Origin: an uncultured virus (IMG/VR IMGVR_UViG_2124908030_000007)
Taxonomy: Duplodnaviria > Heunggongvirae > Uroviricota > Caudoviricetes
Virus record (IMG/VR): IMGVR_UViG_2124908030_000007
Direction: 5' to 3' (one strand)
Length of the DNA: 27,399 nt
In this document: positions 9,005 through 18,158 of the stretch, one piece after another
Numbering within the stretch: the stretch's first letter is position 1
Layout of the letters: each line of letters opens with the position of its first letter
Notes under the pieces: generated by a model
The model's input: only the letters and a program-made list of their open reading frames with translations
Told to the model about the DNA's origin: nothing
Databases searched by the model: none
Translations under genes and position numbers: made by a program

Positions 9005-9238
9005 TTAAACGTTTCGGGGCGTGATCTGGTTGAAGTCGGGATCATTCATCGAGCCAATGTGTTCAACATGGCTCGCACCCGTGTGTGACTCAAACTCTTC
9101 CGTGGGCATCCAGAAAGGCAGGCACCAGTCACCTGACCGTTTCTCGACAACACGGACAGAGTTTTCGTCAGACTCTACGACGACGATGCCAGCAACGTCA
9201 CTGTCACCGTTATCACGGAACGCCGTTTTAGGTTCCAT
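9005..9238 (-). CDS. Hypothetical cassette protein
   Basis: Leaderless ATG 9238 (MEPKTAF) after TATA CTTTAAG ~9263-9270. Confidence 0.65.
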   Translation of the reverse strand: MEPKTAFRDNGDSDVAGIVVVESDENSVRVVEKRSGDWCLPFWMPTEEFESHTGASHVEHIGSMNDPDFNQITPRNV

Positions 9239-9338
9239 GTATACCCATACGGTGTGACCCAACTTAAAGCCTTCGAATACGACCATGGATTAAACCATGG
9301 TTCAAAGGCGCTCGATAAAAAAAGGCTGGTTCGTGTCG

Positions 9339-9833
9339 TTACTCGACGAGGCTTGCGGCTTCGTCCTCGATCTCGACAGTCTCGTTCTCGTCCGACTCGT
9401 CGGACCCGATGAGAGCCTCGGCCTCCTGTTCGGTCGCGTCGTCCTCGTGCGTGACCTCTTCGAGAGCCTCTTCAAAGGCGCTCTCCGTGGACGAGACAAG
9501 CGTGACGCCGATAGAGTCGATCCCGTCGTCCGAGTCGTAGTCGTCTACGAAGTCGTCCAGCAACTCGTGAGAGACGTACATCGACTCGATCGCGTCGGCC
9601 TGTGTCGATAACACAGCGTACCCGGACGTGGTGCGATCGAGAGTCGCCTCGACAGGACTGCCGCCGAGACTCAGGGAAACGGTGACGAACTCTCCGATCT
9701 GATCCACGATGTTGTCCGAGATGTACATACCCACGATGGACTGATGCTCGTCGCCATCAGGGGAGTCGTAGACTCCGTAGTTCGCGGTAGTGTTAGACTG
9801 TGCAACCTCGACGTTCTGAGTGTTCTGACTCAT
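9339..9833 (-). CDS. Very acidic protein with internal tandem repeat
   Basis: ATG 9833 after TATA CTTATA; repeated motif TTANYGVY..IVGMYIS / TTSGYAVL..IESMYVS; D/E tail. Confidence 0.75.
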   Translation of the reverse strand: MSQNTQNVEVAQSNTTANYGVYDSPDGDEHQSIVGMYISDNIVDQIGEFVTVSLSLGGSPVEATLDRTTSGYAVLSTQADAIESMYVSHELLDDFVDDYDSDDGIDSIGVTLVSSTESAFEEALEEVTHEDDATEQEAEALIGSDESDENETVEIEDEAASLVE

Positions 9834-9915
9834 TACAATCATACGTATGGGTGTGACACGTATAAGGGTTTCGTATCGACTCATGGTTTGAACCATGGTT
9901 CAAGAATAATCAACT

Positions 9916-10044
9916 AAAAAGAAGGATGGGCTGAAGAGCCTCCTTCTCCGACACACCATGTAACCTTGACTTTGTGAGACACCACCTCACTAACAGGGGC
10001 AAGGCAACCCTTTTATTAGTGAGGGAGTCGTTCTCTCACGACTC
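9916..10044 (-). ncRNA. Candidate ~130-nt structured small RNA with two loop-tail pseudoknots
   Basis: TATA CTTAAG ~10069-10074 predicts a start at ~10044; hairpins 10025-10044, 9985-10024 and 9921-9946, then a U-tract; no ORF. Confidence 0.6.
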
Positions 10045-10076
10045 AATTACAAGTAGGGGCTATACCTACTTAAGTG

Positions 10077-10418
10077 TTACGGTTCTTCGTAGACTGTTGG
10101 TTTGCTGGCACCGTTTTGAGGGTACGAACCCGGACAGGCGTAACTGAAAGCATCATTCGCATAATGCTTACAGTTCGGATTGAGGCACCAGTACCGAACC
10201 TCGTTTCGACTTTCGGGACTCACATCGATACGACGAACCATACGGTCAAACTGACACGAAGGGCAGTCTTGTTCGACTACTTCGACTTTGTAGCCAGTAT
10301 TTCCGAATCCGGGCTTAAACGCGACGTGATCAGTCGGTGTACTAATCACGACAACCGAATCCTTTTCTCGATCGTAGTCTCGTGCTATCGCCGGAGCAGG
10401 GGTTTTGTCTCGTGACAT
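10077..10418 (-). CDS. Zn-ribbon protein
   Basis: ATG 10418 with SD GAGGTGA; CPSC...CLNPNC. Confidence 0.7.
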   Translation of the reverse strand: MSRDKTPAPAIARDYDREKDSVVVISTPTDHVAFKPGFGNTGYKVEVVEQDCPSCQFDRMVRRIDVSPESRNEVRYWCLNPNCKHYANDAFSYACPGSYPQNGASKPTVYEEP

Positions 10419-10419
10419 G

Positions 10420-10602
10420 TTAGTCACCTCTTTGTAGTTTCTGGATCTCGTGCTTGTAGTCCTCGTCCGACAACGGAGAGGTTCTCGCGCCAGCCCCTCC
10501 AGTCTTCTTTGAGGTTGGTGGCGTTTCCCTGTGACCACACTCTTCACAGGTGTCGTAGTACAGCGAACCGTCGCATGACGGAATCGGGCAATCTCGTGCC
10601 AT
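10420..10602 (-). CDS. Small Zn-finger protein
   Basis: CPIPSC...CEECG; own TATA ~10626-10631. Confidence 0.65.
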   Translation of the reverse strand: MARDCPIPSCDGSLYYDTCEECGHRETPPTSKKTGGAGARTSPLSDEDYKHEIQKLQRGD

Positions 10603-10641
10603 GTTATTGTATTGGGGGTATGGGTATTTAAGACTTCTGTT

Positions 10642-11001
10642 TTACGCTTCCGAGATTTCGACTTGGCTGCGTGCGTACATCAAGTTAATTACTTCGGTGT
10701 GAGGAGTCGTAACTAGTTCCTCCGGGTCTCCTCGAACCATTTTATCGATCGCACGAGAGACAACGGTTTCAGGGTGTTCCTGCGCCTCATCAGAAACTCG
10801 TTCAAAGTTTCGATGAATCTCGTTAACAGCCGCTTCATACGACAAACCGTCTTCTGAAAACTGGTAGTACAACACGGACTTGCCGGGAACGGTAAGCCCT
10901 ATGTCGTCACCAAGGTTTTCAATCTCACAAAATTCGCCAGCCTGTGAGTCGTACCAAACGCCGTTCTCGTACTTCTCGTTTAGGGCAACTTCTTGTGCCA
11001 T
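10642..11001 (-). CDS. Hypothetical cassette protein
   Basis: Leaderless ORF after palindrome 11051 and TATA CTTAAG. Confidence 0.7.
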   Translation of the reverse strand: MAQEVALNEKYENGVWYDSQAGEFCEIENLGDDIGLTVPGKSVLYYQFSEDGLSYEAAVNEIHRNFERVSDEAQEHPETVVSRAIDKMVRGDPEELVTTPHTEVINLMYARSQVEISEA

Positions 11002-11086
11002 ACCTACGCTTGGGCTGCTACCAACTTAAGGCTTACGTCTCGGGCCACGGTTTGAACCATGGTTCAAAGACGAGAATAAAAAAAGT

Positions 11087-11191
11087 TTATTCTAACGGTA
11101 CTCGGTTGAACGAAATAATCCCGTACATGTAGTACAGGATTATTGCGCTCACGATGACACCGAACGAATATGTCGTGAATACGATGATCAT
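11087..11191 (-). CDS. 34-aa single-TM peptide (not in ORF track)
   Basis: MIIVFTTYSFGVIVSAIILYYMYGIISFNRVPLE*; TAATG overlap with the upstream stop; T-tract follows. Confidence 0.5.
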   Translation of the reverse strand: MIIVFTTYSFGVIVSAIILYYMYGIISFNRVPLE

Positions 11192-12036
11192 TAGTGTTGG
11201 ATAATGGCCACGTCTCGCGGCTGTTCTGACTCGGGCTTGATACAATGAGTACACTCGCCACAGTGCGGGCGATCTTCTGTATCAATCCCGTTATGCTTTG
11301 CTGCCTCGAAGGGGCATAGGATCGCCTCTTCGGGAACGTCCGAAGGTTCTTTGATCGGCTTTTCGTTACCTTCGGAGTCGGTGTATGTTGCCGTAAACTG
11401 CCGGTCGCCATAATCGGCTAAGTCGTTCGACTGGTTTACCACGAAGTATTCGTGGGTCGCGTATTCGTTCCAGTCTAACTTATGACTTGCGGAATACGTG
11501 TACACTTGAACCTCAGGGTACACTTTTTTCGAGATAGTATTCCATTTTTTAATGTCACCGTTATGTCGAAAGTCACCGGCTTCCGAGATACGGATATAAT
11601 TAAATTCCGACTGTTTTCGGTCGGAAACTTGTAGGATCGCGTCAGCCCAAAGGTTCGCGCTAAAGGCGTCCCATAAGTATGATGACAAACGACGCTTCGC
11701 CAACGTCGCGTCATAGATGTTTTCGGTATTATGGGCATAACAGATAGCCCACGGAACCTGACAGGCCCCCGCCTTTGATTGATCCACTTCAGTCGATGCG
11801 GCGTTAGGGCAGTCTGTCGCGCTATTCATGTTTACAATTCCCGTATTTTTGGAGACCTTTGTATTCCCCATAGGCATATAGCCGGACTTTCCGGTATAGC
11901 CGTTCATAAGAATATCGGCCAACGCTGTAACACGTCGGTCGTATGACATACGGTACATTGCGTGAATATGATCACGCAGTCGATCGAAGCCGTCAACGTC
12001 TATTACCGAATACTTACCTCGGGTGGGATCGTTCAT
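11191..12036 (-). CDS. Phage Gp88-like Cys-rich (Fe-S/radical-SAM-like) protein
   Basis: GNTKVSK, DCP..C..CYA, RISEAGDF, VYTYS, CP..CGECTHC pattern recalled from the phage 'gene product 88' family. Confidence 0.7.
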   Translation of the reverse strand: MNDPTRGKYSVIDVDGFDRLRDHIHAMYRMSYDRRVTALADILMNGYTGKSGYMPMGNTKVSKNTGIVNMNSATDCPNAASTEVDQSKAGACQVPWAICYAHNTENIYDATLAKRRLSSYLWDAFSANLWADAILQVSDRKQSEFNYIRISEAGDFRHNGDIKKWNTISKKVYPEVQVYTYSASHKLDWNEYATHEYFVVNQSNDLADYGDRQFTATYTDSEGNEKPIKEPSDVPEEAILCPFEAAKHNGIDTEDRPHCGECTHCIKPESEQPRDVAIIQH

Positions 12037-12140
12037 GGTGTGTCCTCGCTTCTTAGTAGGGGAGTGTTGTACTTAAGGGTTTCGTTCCGGTTTGCTGTTT
12101 GAACCATGGTTCAAAGTATAACTTTCACGAATAACTATTC

Positions 12141-12365
12141 TTATTTTCGTAGACGCTTTCTGTTCTCTTTAGTCATCTCGTAAATATCTTCTTTGTGAAA
12201 CCACTCATCGTGTTTTCGTCCTGTCATTATATTTTCTACTTTTATTTCATACTTGTCGCCTCTGCTATAACCAGTGTATGTTCCGAAAGCATACCCGAAA
12301 GCATTGTCTACTCTTACAATTACGTCGTCACCAAAACCGCTCACCGAGCATTCTGGCTCGTACAT
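12141..12365 (-). CDS. Hypothetical cassette protein
   Basis: Leaderless ORF between palindromes 12098 and 12416. Confidence 0.65.
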   Translation of the reverse strand: MYEPECSVSGFGDDVIVRVDNAFGYAFGTYTGYSRGDKYEIKVENIMTGRKHDEWFHKEDIYEMTKENRKRLRK

Positions 12366-12470
12366 ACTACAACAAACGGGTGCTATTAATATAAATCTTT
12401 TGTTTGACTATACTCTTTGAACCATGGTTCAAAGGTCAGTGAATAAAAAAAAGCGTGTTTTCCTATGGCT

Positions 12471-12713
12471 TCAGCCGAAGAGTTCGCCGAGACCTCGATC
12501 TTCTTCTTCGACCGGAACGTGTGCGACGAGACGATCCCCGAGACGCTTTGCCTCGAAGTCGTACCCGTTTTGTCGGACAGTTCGGTAAAAGTGTCCGATC
12601 TGATCTTCCGAGACGGTGACGCTGGCATACGTGCCATTAATGTCACCTTCGTCAACGTGTGCGTTCGGAATCTGTGCGAATGCGGCTCGTACCTCACTGA
12701 TGGTATCAGTCAT
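12471..12713 (-). CDS. Cassette protein, family B (distant)
   Basis: ISEVRAAF..EDQIGHFYRTVRQN aligns with 15693-15917 and 16707-16931. Confidence 0.65.
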   Translation of the reverse strand: MTDTISEVRAAFAQIPNAHVDEGDINGTYASVTVSEDQIGHFYRTVRQNGYDFEAKRLGDRLVAHVPVEEEDRGLGELFG

Positions 12714-12809
12714 CTCCAATTCAATAGAAGGGTGCCATACGTATAAACCCTTCGTTCCGGACTATGGTTTGAACCATGGTTTAAACGACTGATAAAAAAG
12801 CCGACTACC

Positions 12810-13016
12810 CTACTGCCAACTGGCGTTCTCGTGACTGATGGCACCTTCTGTGTCGATGCCATCATCCGTGATCCTCACGGTCGCACGAGCGCCACAGTCA
12901 CATTGAACCTCACGGGTGATCCCCGTTGAGATATAGTGACTCCGTGATAGTTGGTAGTAGTTGTCGTCACTTTCGCCACACTCCGTACACACACCTTGAT
13001 TAATGGCTTCAACCAT
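12810..13016 (-). CDS. Small Zn-finger protein
   Basis: CTECG...CDCG; second gene of its cassette. Confidence 0.65.
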   Translation of the reverse strand: MVEAINQGVCTECGESDDNYYQLSRSHYISTGITREVQCDCGARATVRITDDGIDTEGAISHENASWQ

Positions 13017-13017
13017 T

Positions 13018-13281
13018 TTAGTTCTCCTCGTTAGAGTATCTCTCGGCTATCGTATTAAACTTTTCGATAGCCTTGTACTTTTTACTGTACTCTTCTGTAT
13101 GTGTTTCACCTTTGTATTTAACTGTAACCGTGTACTGTAAAGTGTCAGGATTGAAGTCCACTGATAGCTCAAGTAAAGTATCAGGGACAAGTTCTGTATG
13201 GAATCCCTCAAATTTTTGACCTTCTATGAATCTATCTAAGTCGTTATATCGTGGGTCTGTTGACGAGGTTTTTGACACCAT
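13018..13281 (-). CDS. Hypothetical cassette protein
   Basis: Leaderless ATG 13281; the track start lies in the palindrome. Confidence 0.65.
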   Translation of the reverse strand: MVSKTSSTDPRYNDLDRFIEGQKFEGFHTELVPDTLLELSVDFNPDTLQYTVTVKYKGETHTEEYSKKYKAIEKFNTIAERYSNEEN

Positions 13282-13381
13282 ATCCAAACAAACGGGTGCC
13301 ATACATATAAACCCATCGTTCTCGCTTGTTGATTGAACCATGGTTCAAAACTGTCAAAAAAAAATCGAACGAGTTTTGCCC

Positions 13382-13801
13382 CTACGCTATCTGGCTAAGG
13401 GCTTCTTCGACCTCTTTTTGTGCGTTTCGTTCGACCGCGCTCTTATCAGTGAAACTGATGTACTCGCGGATGTATCCGACGATGCCGGGTGGCTGGCCAT
13501 CAGTGGGAGTCTCGCCTGATGCCACGACCTCACGCCCGCGTTCTTCCGCAATGTCAACGACCATGTTAAGATAGTTGTTGACGGTCGGGGAAGAATCGCT
13601 TGCGTGTCCGGTAAAGACGGTCACAAGCTCGCGGGACTCGTCGTACACGGCGATCTTTTGCCAACCGTAGGCAATGAGTGCCGTGTTACCGTTATCTTCT
13701 TCTTGCGTCATGAGACGGTTATACTTAGTCGCCTCATTAGGCGTGCGGTCAGTGAACATCTCGACGATCTCTGTCGTGGTAGGCGCGTAGCGTGTCGTCA
13801 T
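13382..13801 (-). CDS. Cassette protein, paralogue of 13929-14345
   Basis: Near-identical core PTTTEIVEMFTDRTPNE...GETPTDGQPP. Confidence 0.8.
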   Translation of the reverse strand: MTTRYAPTTTEIVEMFTDRTPNEATKYNRLMTQEEDNGNTALIAYGWQKIAVYDESRELVTVFTGHASDSSPTVNNYLNMVVDIAEERGREVVASGETPTDGQPPGIVGYIREYISFTDKSAVERNAQKEVEEALSQIA

Positions 13802-13928
13802 TGTTTTTGACAGGGCTTCTTTCGTCCCTGCCTACTTCAGTAAACGGGAGGCACACGTATAAACCCGTCGTTCTCGCCTGTCGTTTGAACCATGGTTCAA
13901 AGAATTAATAAAAAAAGCGAGCCGTCCG

Positions 13929-14345
13929 TTAGTCGATTTTCTGTAGCTCTTCTATCACACTACTGAAAGCTTCCTCTTCGACAGGACTCCTACTACCGAA
14001 GCTAACGTAGCTCTCGATGAATTTCACGATCCATGGCGGTTGTCCGTCCGTGGGCGTCTCGCCCGATGCGACGACTTCGCGCCCACGCTCTTCGGCAATA
14101 TCGACAACCATGTTGAGATACTTGTTCACAGTCGGAGACGAGTCGCTCGCGTGTCCGGTGAACACAGTCACAAGCTCGCGGCTCTCGTCATACACGGCAA
14201 TCTTTTGCCAACCGTAGGCGATAAGGGCCGTATTGCCGTTATCCTCTTCTCGCGTGATGAGTCGATTGTATCGCGTAGACTCATTAGGCGTCCGATCAGT
14301 GAACATTTCAACAATTTCCGTCGTGGTGGGGTCGTATAGCGACAT
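13929..14345 (-). CDS. Cassette protein, paralogue of 13382-13801
   Basis: Tandem paralogue with many synonymous differences and a divergent C-terminus. Confidence 0.8.
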   Translation of the reverse strand: MSLYDPTTTEIVEMFTDRTPNESTRYNRLITREEDNGNTALIAYGWQKIAVYDESRELVTVFTGHASDSSPTVNKYLNMVVDIAEERGREVVASGETPTDGQPPWIVKFIESYVSFGSRSPVEEEAFSSVIEELQKID

Positions 14346-14477
14346 TGTTGTGTCTGAGACAGGGATTCTTTTTCGTCCCTGCTCATTTCATTAGAAGGGT
14401 GCCATGCGTATAAACCCGTCGTTCTCGTCTGTGCTTTGAACCATGGTTCAAACAATCGATAAAAAAAAAGAGACTAC

Positions 14478-15143
14478 TTACAACGAGTCGTAAAAACAGT
14501 CGTGGCTTGAAACGGTGCCACGCTGATAATCAAATGTCACCCACTGAAACATGAAAGGCGTTGTCATGTCTCGCATTGTTGGCATTTTGTCACGAATACT
14601 TTTACAAAGGTTATCATACTTCTCGACAACGACGGTGGACGCATGTCCATCTAAATCGAAAGCATTGACTATGTTTGTATCAATACACATCTTTTCTTCA
14701 AAACCCAACATGGATAAAACGAAAGGCGCTTTCGCCGGACCCACACCTTTCATGTTATCAAGCGTGAATTTATGTGCGTCATCGATCCGATTGTTTTCCA
14801 ACAAATGGGCAACATCGTCCCATAACTGTGGGTTATCGAGTGAGTGGCGGATATAATCTTCTTTTTGATTTTTGTAATTAACAGTACTAAGTGCGTCACT
14901 AATAACTTCAAGTGGTTGGTCGTTTTCCCATAATTGAGAAAACGCATCTTCGTGAACAGAAACGGGCGTTTGAACACTAATCACGGCAAAGGAGTGTGAC
15001 TTTTGTAGCATAGTTATTTGCTCCTCGCGAGAGGAGTTAAGAAACTTCTTACGAGTTTTCAGTAGCCGGGCGCTAATGCGATCATAATGATCGCGGTTAT
15101 GCCGATAGTGATTCGTGACGTTTGCGGGTAGCGTCTGTTCCAT
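14478..15143 (-). CDS. HhH-GPD superfamily DNA glycosylase-like protein
   Basis: MKGVGPAKAPFVLSMLGFEEKMCIDTNIV matches the HhH hairpin plus downstream Asp of Ogg2/EndoIII-like enzymes. Confidence 0.65.
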   Translation of the reverse strand: MEQTLPANVTNHYRHNRDHYDRISARLLKTRKKFLNSSREEQITMLQKSHSFAVISVQTPVSVHEDAFSQLWENDQPLEVISDALSTVNYKNQKEDYIRHSLDNPQLWDDVAHLLENNRIDDAHKFTLDNMKGVGPAKAPFVLSMLGFEEKMCIDTNIVNAFDLDGHASTVVVEKYDNLCKSIRDKMPTMRDMTTPFMFQWVTFDYQRGTVSSHDCFYDSL

Positions 15144-15243
15144 CACATCTACCCATAAGAGAGGGGTACATATAAACCCATCGTCTCACGTCGGTGTTTG
15201 AACCATGGTTCAAAGAATAAATAAATAAGAAAAAAAAATAGAG

Positions 15244-15594
15244 TTATTCAGTTTCTGTAACGATAATATTTGTTACCACATCTTTGTCAGATCGTGCGAA
15301 CGGATGAAACCGCTCTTCCCACTGATCGTCTGCCCACTTTGGACACTCCTCAACGAATACAGTGACTGTAGGATTTTGATATGGTCCGGCTTCTACGTCG
15401 ATAACATCTATGTTATCCCACGTTATCACATCATCAACGTCCGTATCGACGCTCCACCAAAACTCAACATCCTGTCGGGTGGTTTCAAATTTACTTTCAA
15501 TGAGAGACATTACAGCATTGACAAACTCTCGTGTCTCTGATTTATCAGTGTTAGCTTCTTTCGGACCTTCACTTCAGGAGGTTCGTAGCTCCAT
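15244..15594 (-). pseudogene. Copy of 17709-18062 with three single-base homopolymer deletions
   Basis: CCC>CC, GGG>GG, TTT>TT near the 5' end give an early stop; probably read errors. Confidence 0.55.
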
Positions 15595-15692
15595 GTTTCT
15601 ATTAACGGTGGCATACATATAAACCCATCGCTTTCGTCTGTGCTTTGAACCATGGTTCAAAACGTTGCCAAAAAGAGTGACAATTTTTTGGC

Positions 15693-15917
15693 CTACTCTT
15701 CAGGGTAAACCCATGCGTCCATGACCGTTTTATTAAGATGTGCCCGAGTGAGAGAGTCGTAATCTAAGTCATAGTTTCGAATCTGTTGGAAAAAGTTTCC
15801 AACAGAATCTTCTTCCATGACTTTCACAAGAACCCTCTCTCCTGAGGTAGCGTTTGTGTTAACATCGATACCATTAACTCCGTCGAACGCTCTCGCAACT
15901 TGGGTTACGTTTCCCAT
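15693..15917 (-). CDS. Cassette protein, family B
   Basis: Leaderless MGNVTQ; identical copy at 18683-18907. Confidence 0.75.
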   Translation of the reverse strand: MGNVTQVARAFDGVNGIDVNTNATSGERVLVKVMEEDSVGNFFQQIRNYDLDYDSLTRAHLNKTVMDAWVYPEE

Positions 15918-16003
15918 TGTGTTTGTATACATGGGAGGCACACGTATAAACCCATCGTTCTCGCCTGTGGTTTAAACCATGGTTCAAAGACTAACCTAAA
16001 AAA

Positions 16004-16171
16004 TTAGGTAAACTCTTCCATAAATTCGTATGGATCTCGATCTCTCGCATATTTTTTCATATACATCCTAAGATACCAGTTATGTTCGTTACAAAAATGG
16101 TATCCTAAGAAGTGACGATATTTATTGCTTTCACAGTCTCTAAAGTCACATTTTCCATTTAGTTCTCCCAT
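16004..16171 (-). CDS. Small Cys/His (Zn-binding) protein
   Basis: CDFRDC...FCNEH; leaderless ATG 16171. Confidence 0.6.
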   Translation of the reverse strand: MGELNGKCDFRDCESNKYRHFLGYHFCNEHNWYLRMYMKKYARDRDPYEFMEEFT

Positions 16172-16276
16172 ACTACAATAAACGGGTGGAATACATATAA
16201 ACCCATCGATGCCGTCTACGCTTTGAACCATGGTTCAAAAGGTCGCCCAAAAAATTAGATAAACTCTTCTATAAAA

Positions 16277-16606
16277 TCACATTTGTCCATGTATTTTAAC
16301 CTTGATTATGTGACCCAGTGATCTTTGTTTCGTCACATCATACAACGGACTATGATGTGGGTAACTATCCTGTTGATCAAAACGTGATAGTCCATCAATT
16401 ACACTAACGTGGGCTTCCCTTTCGTTGAAGGTAAACCAGAATCTTGTAGTCTTTTTTACAATTTCTTCGCCCGGCTCAGGATTATGATCAACAGTAATAG
16501 AATCACAAGTAGCCTGATATTCATTTTCTTTTGTGGTTGTGAGCGTAACTTCATCGCCCTTTTGAACATTACGCAAGTCGTCGCACAAGTTGGGTTCGTC
16601 TCCCAT
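16277..16606 (-). CDS. Hypothetical cassette protein
   Basis: Leaderless ATG 16606 after GGGTTTATA. Confidence 0.7.
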   Translation of the reverse strand: MGDEPNLCDDLRNVQKGDEVTLTTTKENEYQATCDSITVDHNPEPGEEIVKKTTRFWFTFNEREAHVSVIDGLSRFDQQDSYPHHSPLYDVTKQRSLGHIIKVKIHGQM

Positions 16607-16706
16607 ACTACAATAAACGGGAGGCATACATATAAACCCATCGTTCTCACCTGTGCTTTGAACCATGGTTCAAAAACGTTAAAAAAAGAGTGACAATTCT
16701 TTTCCC

Positions 16707-16931
16707 CTACTCGTCAGGGAACACCCATGCGTCCATCACAGTATGAGCAATGTCGTTACGAGTAAGACGACGGTATTCCACGTCGTTTTGTCGGACCCGT
16801 GCGAAGAATTGCCCGACAGCATCCTCGTCCATGATCTTTACTAATTGCTCACCGTCGCTAAACACGGTTTCGTTGACTTCGATGCCATCAACGTCGCGGA
16901 ACGCCTCGACGACTTGGGTTATTTCTCCCAT
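16707..16931 (-). CDS. Cassette protein, family B
   Basis: MGEITQVVEAF...TVMDAWVFPDE, paralogue of 15693-15917. Confidence 0.75.
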   Translation of the reverse strand: MGEITQVVEAFRDVDGIEVNETVFSDGEQLVKIMDEDAVGQFFARVRQNDVEYRRLTRNDIAHTVMDAWVFPDE

Positions 16932-17032
16932 TGCATTCGTATACATGGGAGACACACGTATAAACCCATCGCTTTCGTCTGTGCTTTGAACCATGGTTCA
17001 AAACGTTGCCAAGAAAAAAAAACGCTGCTATC

Positions 17033-17302
17033 TTACCACGGCTCGGCTAACGGATCTCGTGTCACTTCGTGCGCCATTTCCTCACGCTGGCGGCGCTCCT
17101 CACGACAGTAGGGGCAATGCTTATCTTCAGGGTAAATGTCACCGTATTGAAGGTCGTGTTTGTGACAGTAGTTTTCGGGGGCAGTCCCAAAACGACCACA
17201 CCTGTCACAACGCACGCCGTTCGTGGACGGTCTACCCTCATCGTGAACGCCACACTCTTCGCACGATACGCCGACGTACAAGACGCCTAACTCCTTCACC
17301 AT
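17033..17302 (-). CDS. Cys-rich Zn-finger cassette protein
   Basis: CEEC, CDRC, CHKH, CPYC; near-identical copy at 19641-19910. Confidence 0.75.
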   Translation of the reverse strand: MVKELGVLYVGVSCEECGVHDEGRPSTNGVRCDRCGRFGTAPENYCHKHDLQYGDIYPEDKHCPYCREERRQREEMAHEVTRDPLAEPW

Positions 17303-17393
17303 GTTACAACACAAGTGCCCTATTCGTATAAACCCATCGATGCCGCCCTCGCTTTGAACCATGGTTCAAACAATCTAAAAGAAAACGCTCTCC

Positions 17394-17567
17394 CTATTCC
17401 ATACCGTGGACGAACGACCACTCCGATGATAACCCGAACCATGAGCCACGGTTATTAGGATCGACAGCACAGGCGTCTGTCGATTCGCTTATTTTTCCAC
17501 CAGTTTTTGAGTTGTATTCTGTTTTAACGAGTGCGGCGGCTTCTCGCCCACAAATAGGACACGTTTT
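17394..17567 (-). CDS. 3' part of a copy of 20002-20511, cut by gap
   Basis: Matches 20002-20175 up to the N gap. Confidence 0.55.
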   Translation of the reverse strand, partial: KTCPICGREAAALVKTEYNSKTGGKISESTDACAVDPNNRGSWFGLSSEWSFVHGME

Positions 17568-17708
17568 NNNNNNNNNNNNNNNNNNNNTTGCGGGTAGCGT
17601 CTGTTCCATCACATCTACCCATAAGAGAGGGGTACATATAACCCATCGTCTCACGTCGGTGTTTGAACCATGGTTCAAAGAATAAATAAATAAGAAAAAA
17701 AAATAGAG

Positions 17709-18062
17709 TTATTCAGTTTCTGTAACGATAATATTTGTTACCACATCTTTGTCAGATCGTGCGAACGGATGAAACCGCTCTTCCCACTGATCGTCTGCCC
17801 ACTTTGGACACTCCTCAACGAATACAGTGACTGTAGGATTTTGATATGGTCCGGCTTCTACGTCGATAACATCTATGTTATCCCACGTTATCACATCATC
17901 AACGTCCGTATCGACGTTCCACCAAAACTCAACATCCTGTCGGGTGGTTTCAAATTTACTTTCAATGAGAGACATTACAGCATTGACAAACTCTCGTGTC
18001 TCTGATTTATCAGTGTTAGCTTCTTTCGGACCCTTCACTTCAGGGAGGTTTCGTAGCTCCAT
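17709..18062 (-). CDS. Hypothetical acidic cassette protein
   Basis: Leaderless MELRNLP; intact version of 15244-15594. Confidence 0.75.
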   Translation of the reverse strand: MELRNLPEVKGPKEANTDKSETREFVNAVMSLIESKFETTRQDVEFWWNVDTDVDDVITWDNIDVIDVEAGPYQNPTVTVFVEECPKWADDQWEERFHPFARSDKDVVTNIIVTETE

Positions 18063-18158
18063 GTTTCTATTAACGGGTGGCATACATATAAACCCATCGT
18101 TCTCGGCTGTGTTTTGAACCATGGTTCAAAGATTGCCAAATAAAAAAGGCGGTTTACC

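Noticed and set aside
15541..15610. Programmed frameshift or phase variation in cassette A copy 1
   Set aside because: Several independent single-base losses in short homopolymers clustered together are typical of sequencing error.
17394..17678. Single 94-aa ORF spanning the N gap (likewise 18683-19072)
   Set aside because: Chimeric across scaffold gaps: the right part is the start of the 14478-15143 gene and the left part is the end of the 20002-20511 gene.
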